A stretch of 64,000 nucleotides of DNA from Atractiella rhizophila (taxonomy: Eukaryota), in contig MU271424.1 in NCBI GenBank assembly GCA_021432655.1, forward strand, positions 1 through 64,000, written 5' to 3'. A model generated the notes under the pieces. That model was given only the letters and a program-made list of their open reading frames with translations, made no database searches and had not been told where the DNA came from. Of this stretch, positions 1-11,501 are shown in pieces (the stretch's first letter is position 1; every line of letters starts with the position of its first letter). Position numbers and translations under genes: made by a program.

Positions 1-257
1 CATATTTTGACTGTGTCTCTCTGACAATACGTGCGTTGTGGCGAGTTGGCGATGAGAGATTACAAAAGAGAGTACTATGAAGATGTGTTTACTATGAGCC
101 AAGCTGAAATTATATACAGAATTAGAAAGATCTGAAGGTGGTTGTACATTGTGTCGAAGCAAATTTTTACATTTGGCCTGCACAAGTGGCCAAAGGAGCC
201 TTAGCATCCACTGTCCTCTTGCACTTCACTTCTTGCCTCGCTGCTTCGTGCACACGC

Positions 258-1402
258 CTATTTCTCGTCCGCGTTGTTTGTGGCAGGGCTACTTACTTTC
301 CAACCCCACTTTCCGTCGAGGTCATAGATCTTGCGCAAGTCGTAGAACGCGAAGGGAAGCATCGCTATGCATTCCATGGCTAGCTGGAAGGTGTAGAAGA
401 GAGCTCGTGAGCGCACAGTGGAGTAGAACAGCGTCATTGGAAGTGGATAGGCGGACGGATCTTGTGGAGTTGGAACGAGGACGAAGTGAGCCACGATAAC
501 TCTGTAGAGGACGAGAGGAAGCTATATTGTCTTTCTCCTCAGCTTGCCTGCCAAAATACGGTGCGAGGAGACTCACCATGGGTACCAAGATAGCGAAAGG
601 GAAGATGAGGGACTCTTTCGAGATCTTGCTATAATCTGCTGTTGGCCCAAAAGTGAGCCACCTAAACGGACGCTTGTTCCCCGTCCTCAGCCAATGTCTC
701 CTTTCTAGGGCGAAGAGGAGATATCCGAAGAAGAGAACAGCAACGATGACGAGAGGAATTACGGTGGAGACAAGTCGAAGAGCGAGAACTGTGCGTTGAC
801 GTCGGAAGTCGCCTTCCCGGCCGTCCCACCAGAAGAATGACTGGATTGCTCCTGTAACAGTCTGCTCTTCTGATTAGTGGAAATCAGATGCAGTCGCCAA
901 ATAACGCACTGCTCCCAATAAGGTCCACTGAAACAGATGTCAACGTTGTTTGCATTGGGGATACAGAAATTGCTCACCACGAAAGCAGCGACAAGGAGTT
1001 GTGCCGTCAGGAGGTATTTTTTACCATAGGCCTGTTGAATGAGCGGGACAAGGCAGTCAATCGCGGCATAGATGAGAGTGAAGTGACCGATAATGATCTG
1101 CCCTTCTTTGATGATGCTGATTGCTTTCGTATTTCGTCCTTCTCCAAAAGCCTGGATAAGATGGAGGACAAGAAAAGGGAGCCTTCCGATCGTTCCATGC
1201 ATCACTGGACGCTGTGCGAAGTGACAAGCTCGTCGAGAACCTCGGAGGACGAGGTTCCACAGTGATAAACCAGCAAGAAGAATGAAGAGGACGATAAAGA
1301 TTATGGTCGGTGCAATATCCTACAATCGCATAAGACACATCTCAAAGCAAACTGTGCCATTCTTACAGCTTTCGTACCAACCCCTCCATCCAGAATTGGC
1401 AT
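258..1402 (-). CDS. Multi-exon polytopic membrane protein of unknown function (RTA1-like architecture suspected); paralog of 23761-24958
   Basis: Spliced reading MPILDGGVGTKA|DIAPTIIFIVLFILLAGLSLWNL...TIGRLPFLVLHLIQAFGEGRNTKAISIIKEGQ...LFYSTVRSRALFYTFQLAMECIA. Several hydrophobic segments, colinear with the paralog. Confidence 0.7.
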
Positions 1403-1985
1403 TTCATGCGCCATTGCTCAAAAAAAAATGGAAAGTATGTTAGTAGGGACAAAAGAGTAGTCTTTACGTTATAAAGTTCGCGTGAAGGAGTGAGAATTGA
1501 GGCAACCTCTCTCCTCTCTTAAAGCAAACGTCTCCAAGAAAAATGCGATTAACATCTCAGAGGTAAATACGCAAGTTATACGACGCTTCTCTGCTCTGCT
1601 CTGCCTCGCAACGTTGGGATTCCTGAACGTTGGTGCTTGTTCACTCCCCATTATCCGCAGTCGCCAATGTTGCCGCTATTTGCAATTCCTTCAATCTGCT
1701 TGAACGACGTCACCAACTTCACCATCGCTTGTCAGCAAAATAAACATGAGTGGGATCCGTCGATAACTGATTCGGCCAATTCTATACAGAACGAAACGAC
1801 TGATTCCTCAAGAACTATCTACGCTAAAGTTACATACATGAGTCCACTAACTCCTGATCAGCTGTGATAGAATTAGAGGATGGGAAGAATCGTCATAAAA
1901 GCACAGGATGGGATGGAAAGCGTTACTGTATCGGTGTATAAAGAGCTTGTATAATGCGGATGAGTCAATAAAAACCTGAGCACAT

Positions 1986-3852
1986 CTAATCCCACCGAGC
2001 ATAGGAAACGGAGTTCTTGGGCTTCTTCTCCGACTTGCAAACGCCGGCAGGCAGAGTGTAATCTTCCTCTCGGACTCCACCTCCCCAAGGAGTAGCTGTA
2101 CGGTGTATCATCAGATCATATCCAACAAATAATCTCAACAAACTCACCTCCGACCAATCTGGCATCGGGACCCAGACCCCTCTTCGAAAAACCAGTCCAA
2201 ATCTCACAAGCGTTCTCTCCGCCGGTGAGGACTTTATCAGCCTCGAGGATGGCGTCTCTCGCATTCATAAAGCTAGGTCTGCAGGGCTGCAGCTTCATTC
2301 CATCGACGATCAAACGGATCATGAGCGAATTGCCGTGCTTGGGGACCTTGAGGCCGGTCGAAGGATGAATGAAGTAGAAGTCCTTCTCGGCTTCCGTCAA
2401 GACATCCGAGAACGACGCATTGTGAGCGAGAGCAGGCGGGAAGAGGGTCTTCGAGAATCCATGCTTGGGAATGAGAAGCTCCGCAACTTCGTACAGCATC
2501 TCAGCCCAGACTTCACCAATGGCATGAACACCCCAGTATCCAGGTCCATCCCTATACATCCATAGAATCCCATCAGCAATTCCTCTAATTCATCAAAGCA
2601 AGAATGACGCACAAAACCTTATAAGTCTCAGGATTGACAGTCATATTCCTGCTATACCTATACTTTCTGATACCTCCAGCGCGTCCAGAAGCCCAATCGC
2701 CCATTCCGTACTCCGTCTCGTTGGCAGACTGCATCCTGATGAGGGTCGCGAAAGCGTCTCCCCATCCTTCACCCATTCCACCAGCCTCTCCCCAACCCAA
2801 ACATCCAGAATTCGCTGGTCCTCCGGTGAGACGGGTCGAAATTCCGTGCGCGTATTCGTGCATCACGATTCCTGCTTCCAGGTCTCCGTCCCTATATGGC
2901 TGACTCCCAGTCCAGACGTACATCCTCATCCGACCGCGTTGACCATCTGGAGGGGTGGCACTGCAAACAAAGAAAAGAACAGTTAGGAGAGGGATTTCAG
3001 TAAATGATGATAAACAAACATACAAGTTGGCGTTGTTGGTACCACTTCCATCTACAGTAAACTCCTTAAGCATCCTATAAACAAAGGAGTGGAGAACAAC
3101 GAACCCTGAGCATTAGCCTGAACGGCGTCATTGCCCAAACCGCCTCTTCCAAAGTTCCTCTCTTGGAAGTTTCCAGCCGGTTCATCGAAACCATATCTCC
3201 AAAACAGGTCGTGAATCTCATTGATCGTATAGAAGAGTTCTGAAACCGAAGCATTGATATAGGTAGCAGGATCCAAGGTAGATCCTCCCTTCTTCCATCC
3301 AAGGGGGAAATCGAAGACGAGCTCCTCTGTAGGATGGGTCGATCCCTCCTTCTTTCCCTCTGGGTCATGGTGTCCGTGCTCACCAGCCGGCGTCCCAACA
3401 GGACGGAAGTTATTCTCGAAGGTGAACCCACCCGACGGATTGTCTTGAGCAAACACGTTGTTACCTCGTGTATCCCTGAAGACGGCGTCCTCTCCTCCCC
3501 TGCCAATCCTCTCTAGCCATCCAGGAACGTCCTCCCATCTCCCCTTCGGTTGCTTGGGCAGAGGATCCTGTGGTTCCTCAGGGTCGTCCTCAGGATCCTT
3601 GGGGAAAGGCCATGGGAACGGATCTCCTCCATCCACAGCTGCAGACGCCACAGAAGTAGAGATAGGAATCCTGTGCCAACCGTAAGGTGAAGCGTCCCAA
3701 TCAAGATCCGTGTACGTGTCCTGCTTCACATCGGAAGAGGAAGAGGACAGGTAAGCGGGCTTCTGATGTCTGGACAACAGCTGGCGGCCTCCTTCAGTCG
3801 GATCATTGACGGACCATGGGAAGACCTTGTAATAAGGACCCTTGTGTTTTGG
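1986..3852 (-). CDS. Fungalysin (M36) extracellular metalloprotease; 5' part lost in N gap
   Basis: HEYAHGIS zinc motif, [46 protein letters not shown], and C-terminal [12 protein letters not shown], all typical of M36. Confidence 0.95.
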
Positions 3853-4727
3853 NNNNNNNNNNNNNNNNNNNNNNNNNNNNNNNNNNNNNNNNNNNNNNNN
3901 NNNNNNNNNNNNNNNNNNNNNNNNNNNNNNNNNNNNNNNNNNNNNNNNNNNNNNNNNNNNNNNNNNNNNNNNNNNNNNNNNNNNNNNNNNNNNNNNNNNN
4001 NNNNNNNNNNNNNNNNNNNNNNNNNNNNNNNNNNNNNNNNNNNNNNNNNNNNNNNNNNNNNNNNNNNNNNNNNNNNNNNNNNNNNNNNNNNNNNNNNNNN
4101 NNNNNNNNNNNNNNNNNNNNNNNNNNNNNNNNNNNNNNNNNNNNNNNNNNNNNNNNNNNNNNNNNNNNNNNNNNNNNNNNNNNNNNNNNNNNNNNNNNNN
4201 NNNNNNNNNNNNNNNNNNNNNNNNNNNNNNNNNNNNNNNNNNNNNNNNNNNNNNNNNNNNNNNNNNNNNNNNNNNNNNNNNNNNNNNNNNNNNNNNNNNN
4301 NNNNNNNNNNNNNNNNNNNNNNNNNNNNNNNNNNNNNNNNNNNNNNNNNNNNNNNNNNNNNNNNNNNNNNNNNNNNNNNNNNNNNNNNNNNNNNNNNNNN
4401 NNNNNNNNNNNNNNNNNNNNNNNNNNNNNNNNNNNNNNNNNNNNNNNNNNNNNNNNNNNNNNNNNNNNNNNNNNNNNNNNNNNNNNNNNNNNNNNNNNNN
4501 NNNNNNNNNNNNNNNNNNNNNNNNNNNNNNNNNNNNNNNNNNNNNNNNNNNNNNNNNNNNNNNNNNNNNNNNNNNNNNNNNNNNNNNNNNNNNNNNNNNN
4601 NNNNNNNNNNNNNNNNNNNNNNNNNNNNNNNNNNNNNNNNNNNNNNNNNNNNNNNNNNNNNNNNNNNNNNNNNNNNNNNNNNNNNNNNNNNNNNNNNNNN
4701 NNNNNNNNNNNNNNNNNNNNNNNNNNN
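3853..4727. other. Assembly gap (N run)
   Basis: Run of n. Confidence 1.
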
Positions 4728-5400
4728 CTCTCCCGCAGGGGTTACTCAAGGACCCTTCACTAGGTAACAGCACATTCGAACGCTCACCGTCGATTTAAGC
4801 AGCTAAACAGCAAAGGTTTCGACTTAGCGAGTTCAACTTCAGCTTCCTAACTGCGCTGCGCGTTGAAGTCTGGAGGCTTGCCTTCTCGGCACAGCCTGTA
4901 AGAACCGACCGGCCCAACTATTCCGGCCTAACCCCTATTCCCTCCGACTGCTGAGTCTGCTGGTGTTAGCTTTACCCAGGGTCTGACGAAGAAGAGCGAG
5001 AGAGTCGCGAGTAGAGGGAGAGCGTGCGGGTCGTCGAGGGAGGGAAGGAGGTAGTCCGCTAGAGAGTTGACCCCAGGGGAAAGTTGCCGTCGTCCACCGT
5101 TGAGTCCTCAGCTCTTGAAGCAGCGGTCGAAGTTACTGTCCTCGACCGACACCTTGCGAGGGTGCTGAGGGAGCCCGAAACGACTCCTCAAGAACTTCCT
5201 CCGAACCTCGCTACCCCTCTGGTTTGACGCGACCTTTAACCAGCTAAGGATGTAGTGGTTCGAGTGACCGTAGTCAGTATTAACCAAGCAAGTTCACTCG
5301 CTACTCCCAGAGCTCTAGAGCTTGCAGTTGCAAGACCAGTTGCAGCTAAACTTCTGCTACTTCCAGAACTCGCACTTTCCACGCAGCCGGCACTTCCTCA
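4728..5400 (+). ncRNA. Candidate large structured ncRNA / ApT-depleted island (possible telomerase RNA; identity and strand unproven)
   Basis: No credible ORF. Only 6 ApT in 673 nt. Many inverted-repeat pairs. CCTAACCCCTA at 4927-4937 followed by crossing helices. Confidence 0.4.
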
Positions 5401-6574
5401 GCGAGCGGATTGTTCGATTCGCACGCAACATTCCCTACGTATTCTTACAAGCCAAGCTCTGCGCCAGTTGCAGCTGATGGAGGGATACAACATACCCAGT
5501 GAGTCTTTTCTACCACTTTATGATTGGGAGTCTTGGTGTGCTGCTTTGGTGCTGAGTGTTTGGTGAAGGCAACCCATCATGACGGGGACGAGTGTGATCG
5601 CCATGAAGTTCAAGGGAGGGATAATCATGGCCGCCGACACTCTCGGTACGTCCTTCTGCACCCACAAGTCCACGAGTCAGTCTTGTTAAGACGGAAGGAA
5701 CTGTAGGATCGTACGGTTCCCTCGCTCGCTTCAGAGACGTAACCCGTATCAAGCAAGTCGGGGAGAGCACAATCATTGGGGCTGGTGGGGACTTGAGCGA
5801 TTGGCAAAACATTCAACACACGTTGGAGAAAGTCATGTTCGTCGTTTCTCCATCCCAACTTTCAAAACGTTAAGGAGTTGGGTGGATGGTTTGTCAGGCT
5901 GAGAGAAAAGGTAGCGAATGACGGACACACTCTCACTACCTCCCAGATCTACGAATACCTCGCTCGACTCATGTATGGTCGACGGTCCAAATTCGACCCA
6001 TTGTGGAATGCTCTCTTGGTTGGTGGCATGGAGAAAGGTGTTCCGTATGTCATTTTGACCTGCTGTGCCGCATCATCCATCCTTACTGAACTGAATGCGT
6101 GAACAGTTTCTTGGGATATGTGGACCTGCTCGGTACAACTTATTCCTCTCCTACACTTGCGACAGGATTTGGGAACCACCTCGCCCAGCCTTTGCTCCGA
6201 CGAGCATATGAGATCAAACAAGCGAAGGGAGAGGAGATGAGTGAGGAGGAAGCGAGGGAGGTCATTGAGGGATGTTTGAGGGTACTCTTCTATAGGGATG
6301 CTCGATCCTTAAACAAGGTCGGTCTGCTCACTTCCTAGATGGATGGAACTGACAGTACCTCGGTTGGGATAGTTCATAGTAGCCATCGTGGACGAGAATG
6401 GAACGAGGATTGAAGAGCCGAAGAGCGTAGATACTGAATGGAACTTTGCTGAGAAGCTCAGGGGGTACGTTTTGTCCTACTCCTCCCTCCCTATCCTCCA
6501 TTTTCCCAGTTTTCGGTCAGATGCTGACGCGTCCTTTCCCTCTGGTCAATAGGTACGGCGCTCAAACACAGTAA
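5401..6574 (+). CDS. PRE4: 20S proteasome subunit beta7 (PSMB4/Pre4); true 5' end not visible
   Basis: Spliced: FDSHATFPTY...GIQHTQ|QPIMTGTSVIAMKFKGGIIMAADTL|...YGSLARF...MYGRRSKFDPLWN...LATGFGNHLAQPLLR...LFYRDARSLNK...RG|YGAQTQ*. Confidence 0.93.
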
Positions 6575-6661
6575 TGCATGCAGTACAATAAAATCACTTT
6601 TTACAAGTCCCAACAATGAAAGGCACGGAAAGAGATGTAGAGAGAACTTTGAATGCTCGAA

Positions 6662-7132
6662 TCAACTCTCTACGTTCGCTTCAACGTATTCCTTCACCCG
6701 TCGACGAAGTTCGACCATGACCTCTTCCGGCACGCTCTCTATCACATCACCAACATCATTTATCCATCAGCTTCAAATTGTAATGCTACACGGTGAGAGG
6801 AAAGATTGTACCTTTCGCCTTTGGTGTAATCAAGCGACTCACTTCGTCCACCGTTGGTCGTTGTGACCCGATGGTTTGATCTGCCTCATCTCGTGAAATG
6901 GCGACGTAGTGAAATAAGAATGAACCTACTTCTCGCATGATCGAGAAGGGCATCGTACCATCCACTCCCTGAGAGAGAATCGCGAAGGAAGCGCTGAATG
7001 CTGAACATCACAAGGTCACGTTTGAGTAGAAGCAACTCAGTAAATGGCATGGAATGTAACATACGAATCGTAAGAACCGTCACTCATCATGCGAGTGATT
7101 ATTGCACCAATCAACTCGTTTTCCTGGGACAT
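6662..7132 (-). CDS. SUS1: SAGA/TREX-2 subunit Sus1/ENY2-like
   Basis: Spliced small protein MSQENELIGAIITRMMSDGSYDS|IQRFLRDSLSGSGWYD...ITPKAK|ESVPEEVMVELRRRVKEYV, matching the ENY2 pattern (GW; ITPK..VP). Confidence 0.75.
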
Positions 7133-7270
7133 CGCTGCGAGGTTGTCTCAAATACTGTAGCTGTTGCAAGTTGCAAGTTGCAGAACAAACATCAATCATC
7201 CAAGGAAAGCAAGCAAGATAAGGTTTATTCGCCATTATTTTGGTATTCACGTGATAGTCACCAAGCGACC

Positions 7271-9053
7271 ATGTCTCTCGTTCTCTCTGCTCTCACTCTC
7301 ATAAGCCTCACAATAGTATGGCGTCGATTCCAATCCCTGCGTCCAACCCAGAGCGTGAAAACGGTAACAATTGTAGTGTTGGGGGACATCGAGCGCTCTC
7401 CACGAATGAGCAGACACGTCGAAAGGTTTGAAAGCCATGGATGGAGCGTGAATATTGTTTCTGATGGCAGTACGCTTTGCATCCCTTCTTTACCTATGTA
7501 GTTCTTTACTGGAAAAACTGACGGTTGCGCTGGAGAGGGAAAACCGCATAGAAATCGAAAATATTATAGACTTTGGTATCCTCCAATCCCTCAGAACGCA
7601 CCAAGAAAGCTTTTCCTTCTTCTCGCACCTCTCAAAATCCTTCTCAATGCAGTTTCACTGCTATACATACTGCTCCTTTGGATCGATGTACCTTCAACCT
7701 GGATAATAGTGCAGGTCCGTCTCAGGCCTTCTAGCAAAGCCGAAACCGCGACTAATGACGGTCTACGCCGCAGAATCCACCTTCACTGCCTACCTTACCA
7801 ATAGTTCAACTTGTAGCATTTGTGCGAAATCAACGCCTGATGATCGACTGGCACAATACGGGCTATTCCATCCTTTCCCTGCGTCTAGGTACTCAACACC
7901 GACTTGTCAAGCTGGCAGAATGGCGAGTTTTAGGATCCTGCTTTCCAACAGCTTGTCTATGAGTGCTGAAAGGACTGACAGGATAGAACGGACGTGGGGC
8001 CAATTTGCAGACTTGCACGTCTTTGTTTCGCAGAAGATGCAAAACGACGTCTCTGCCCAGTTTCAGCTGATGTACGTTTACAACTCGGCTAGAATGCTAG
8101 GACTGAAATAGAGGTGGGAATAGAGGCAAGAAAATACTCCTATACGACCGCCCACCCGCCACGCTTCATCGTCTCACCTCTTCTGATCGAAGCAATTTCT
8201 TGCATAACTTCCCTCCTTCGCGACCAAAGGAGTCAAAGGAGGCGCTTCTCGTTTCCTCCACCTCATGGACAGCAGATGAAGACTTCTCAATCCTTCTTCA
8301 GGCCCTCGACGATTACGAGACAGTATTCACATCCCAAAAACACAAAAAACTGCCGCGATTATTGATGTGCATAACCGGGAAGGGCGGTGCACTGAAGACA
8401 GCTTTTGAGGATCAAGTAAGAGAGAGGAAATGGACTAGTGTCAGAGTGTGGACCGGATGGTTACCTATGGTGGAGTATGAACAGTTGCTTGGTGAGTATC
8501 GTTACCCATAGGTTATAGTTCATGAATCTGACACGCATGGAGCAGGCTCAGCTGATATTGGGATATCCCTACACCAAAGCTCGTCTGGCTTCGACCTACC
8601 CATGAAAGTGGTGGATATGTTTGGTTGCGGCCTCCCCGTTTGCGCGCTGCGCTTTTCAAGGCACGGGCCTGCTCTAAATTAACCTGGCAGCTCTTAACCC
8701 CTCTTTGCAGCATCGATGAGCTCGTTCTCGAAGGCAAGAACGGTCACCTCTTCTCAACTCCGCCCGAACTCGCTTCCCTGCTCTCAGTGAGTCTTTGCTC
8801 GTATTCATAATGCCCCCACAATCAGCTCTCTGACATAACATTGAAAAAGAAACTCCTCTCCGACTACCCCTCGTTTCCTTCTGAACTTGATGTCCTCAGA
8901 GCAGGCATCAAGGAAGGCATGTACGGCGTTGGCGATGGTCAGCGAAAGTGGAGGATGTGGGAGGAAGAGTGGGACGAGACCATTGGACGAACGTTGGATA
9001 TTGTGCAGATGGAGAGTTTGGATCCATATCCCATCAATTCCAACATCCAGTAG
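7271..9053 (+). CDS. ALG1: Chitobiosyldiphosphodolichol beta-1,4-mannosyltransferase (GT33)
   Basis: N-terminal [63 protein letters not shown]. Confidence 0.95.
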
Positions 9054-9659
9054 CTTATATCAGCTCCAATTACTCGCACAGCGAGGGCTAGAATTTAGTA
9101 ATGTGTATTTTCCGACCCGTTACAGACCCACTACCTTTTCCCATCTGCTCCTACCGTCCTCGTAGTACACGGATGATGTCGGAAGTGGTTAGAGAGAATT
9201 GTGAGTCGTTTCTCCGTGTCATATTATTACCAAGCGCTTCTTGGGACATGCTGAATTTGACAGTGACAGTGTTATCTGGCTGGACCGCCATTGACAATAG
9301 CTTGCAGTTCCTCCAACGAGACAATACGACGTGCTTATCGATTATCTTTACAAATTCTCGCAGTAAAAACGTGGTCGTATCGCAAGGCAACAGTCCTGCT
9401 GCAACATGCTGTGATGTTGGATTGACCAGTCACAGGGACGACAGGATTGACATGGGTGTGAGAGACTCGATGTACAAGATCGCACAAGCTTCCCTCCTTG
9501 CTTATTCCCCGCATCAACATGCCAGAGTGTGCAAACAGTTACAGGTGGAGGTTCTGCGGCCAGAGATATGTGGGGTGCAGCCTTACATGCTTCAGGTACT
9601 CTGTCACGCCTTACATATATGAGGAAGGCATTGCTTCCACTTTTCTCATCAAAAACATC

Positions 9660-11059
9660 ATGATGATGTTTACGCCCATCTTCAACTTCATTGTCGCTTC
9701 TACTACCTTGCTCCGCTTGGCGAGTGCCATCACCTCTCGTCCTCTTAATGGTGCCATCTCGACACCCGCGGACACAGGATCTCCAACATTGTGCAAAAAG
9801 GGAGACACCTATTTTGTTTTCAGCGGAGGTGTTGGCCTTCTGACCTTTACCAGTACCGACCTGGTGAACTGGAACTCACCAGGAGTGGTATGGCCTAATG
9901 GAGCTAGCTGGACAGGTATGCCATACGTAGTAAACAAACTCTAGCGCTAATTTACATTCCAGATCCTTTCACTGGAGGTAGGCATTTTCCTGAAAAAAGG
10001 CTTTTCTCTAACACAGGCCCACTTCAGGATCCAATAAGAAGCTCTGGGCGCCAGACTGCAAAGTCATCAACGGAACTTTCCATGTAGGCATCCCTAACGG
10101 TGCTCAAACGCTATTCATGCTCATAATCCTTTGTAGCTATTTTACTGTGCCTCTACACTTGGATCTTATCATGTTGGTAATTTTGCTCAGTCTCATACAC
10201 TTCGTCATAACTCCAATACAGTCAGCCATCTTTTATGCAACCTCTACCACCGGGCTTCCCGGCAGTTGGACCCATAAAGGCCTCGTCCTTCAAACTCAAG
10301 AAGGCAATGGGTTCAATGCTATCGATCCGAATCTTTCACTTCCTGACGACGGAGCTAAATGGTACCTGTCTTTTGGTAGTTACAACGACGGAATCAAAGG
10401 TGTATACCTCAATCCTGCCACTGGTTCGTCATCCAACCAAGATAGCGACATAAAAGTTAATTCAGAATGTAGGGATGCCACTGAGCAGCACGTAAGCTGA
10501 GCTATTTCGCCTTCCCTTAACCCTTGTTCATAGCGATCAACAAGATACGATTCACTTGCAAGACGAACCGGAACTACGACTGCTGAAGAAGCCCCGGTCA
10601 TTGTTGGTATCGCAGGTGCTTGGTGGCTTTTTACTTCATGGGACGCAGACAACCACGACTACGACATTCGGGTGGGAAAGTCTACGAGGTTTGCGTTTAT
10701 AGACTCTACTGTCAATGGCTGCTGATGGGTTGTTAGCGAGCGTGGCCCTTTTATTGGAGTGTTGGGAAAGAATATGTACACTGAGAATGGTGGAACTCTG
10801 CTCCTCGAAGGTGATGGGGTGCGCTGATGACATTGCTGATTTCGAAGCTACTGACGCAAAGGTTTAGACTCGTGGAACCGGTGGGCAAGACATCTTCGTG
10901 GACACGGATGGAACGATCTACATGATTTATCGTGCGTCAATCTTACCTCTGGAAACATGCCTGACAAAGTCTGCAGATGGAAGGACTGATTCAGGTAACG
11001 GCAAGCTTGCATTAAACACTCTTGATTTCTCGACCGGTTGGCCAGTTGTCAAATATTGA
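9660..11059 (+). CDS. Secreted GH43 endo-1,5-alpha-L-arabinanase-like protein
   Basis: Signal peptide; TSTDLVNW, LWAPDC, NAIDPN, YLSFGSY, EEAP, GTGGQD, GWPVV across ~9 exons. Confidence 0.85.
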
Positions 11060-11501
11060 GAGGAAAAAAATCCTCGGATAACTAAATCGATAGAGAGGCG
11101 GAAGAGTTTGAGTTTTTGTGGATCCATGATGCATGGTACGGTAGCAACAAAGTGCAATGGCTGGAATTATGACGTTAGGTAATACAAATTGATTTCTCAG
11201 TTATTCCCAGTTACTTCATACATTCATACTTTGAATACACACATTGGGGAGAAAGACGACTGAATCTGAGAGTCTGACGAGGACTGACGAGGACTGAGCT
11301 GGTGTGGAAGGGGAACACGCATTCATAAAAAGACATGGCATGGCGACATGAAACAAAAAAGTACGATTTGCAGCTGCCAGGCAAACTTTATCCCTTCAGG
11401 ATTGCTCTAGCGAATGAGGAAAGGTGTTTTTGATAACACATGCTAATACTATCGGAAACGGAAGAACACAACCGTCCATACCCACACTTCATCCACAACG
11501 C

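Noticed and set aside
3766..4798. Long ORFs spanning N runs (also 15257-16122)
   Set aside because: Artefacts of translating through gaps.
4944..5058. Group I intron P7-like pairing gactg/tagtcc
   Set aside because: The guanosine-binding-site geometry and P/Q elements were not found.
5100..5187. Hammerhead-like arrangement (ctgagg..gaaacgactc / gagtcctc) and CTGACGA at 4983
   Set aside because: The core deviates from CUGANGA, stem II is essentially absent, and there is a mismatch next to the cleavage triplet. A simple helix explains the same bases better.
11272..11300. ctgacgagga repeated; resembles a hammerhead core
   Set aside because: No stem II partner or properly placed GAAA; it is a short 10-bp tandem repeat.
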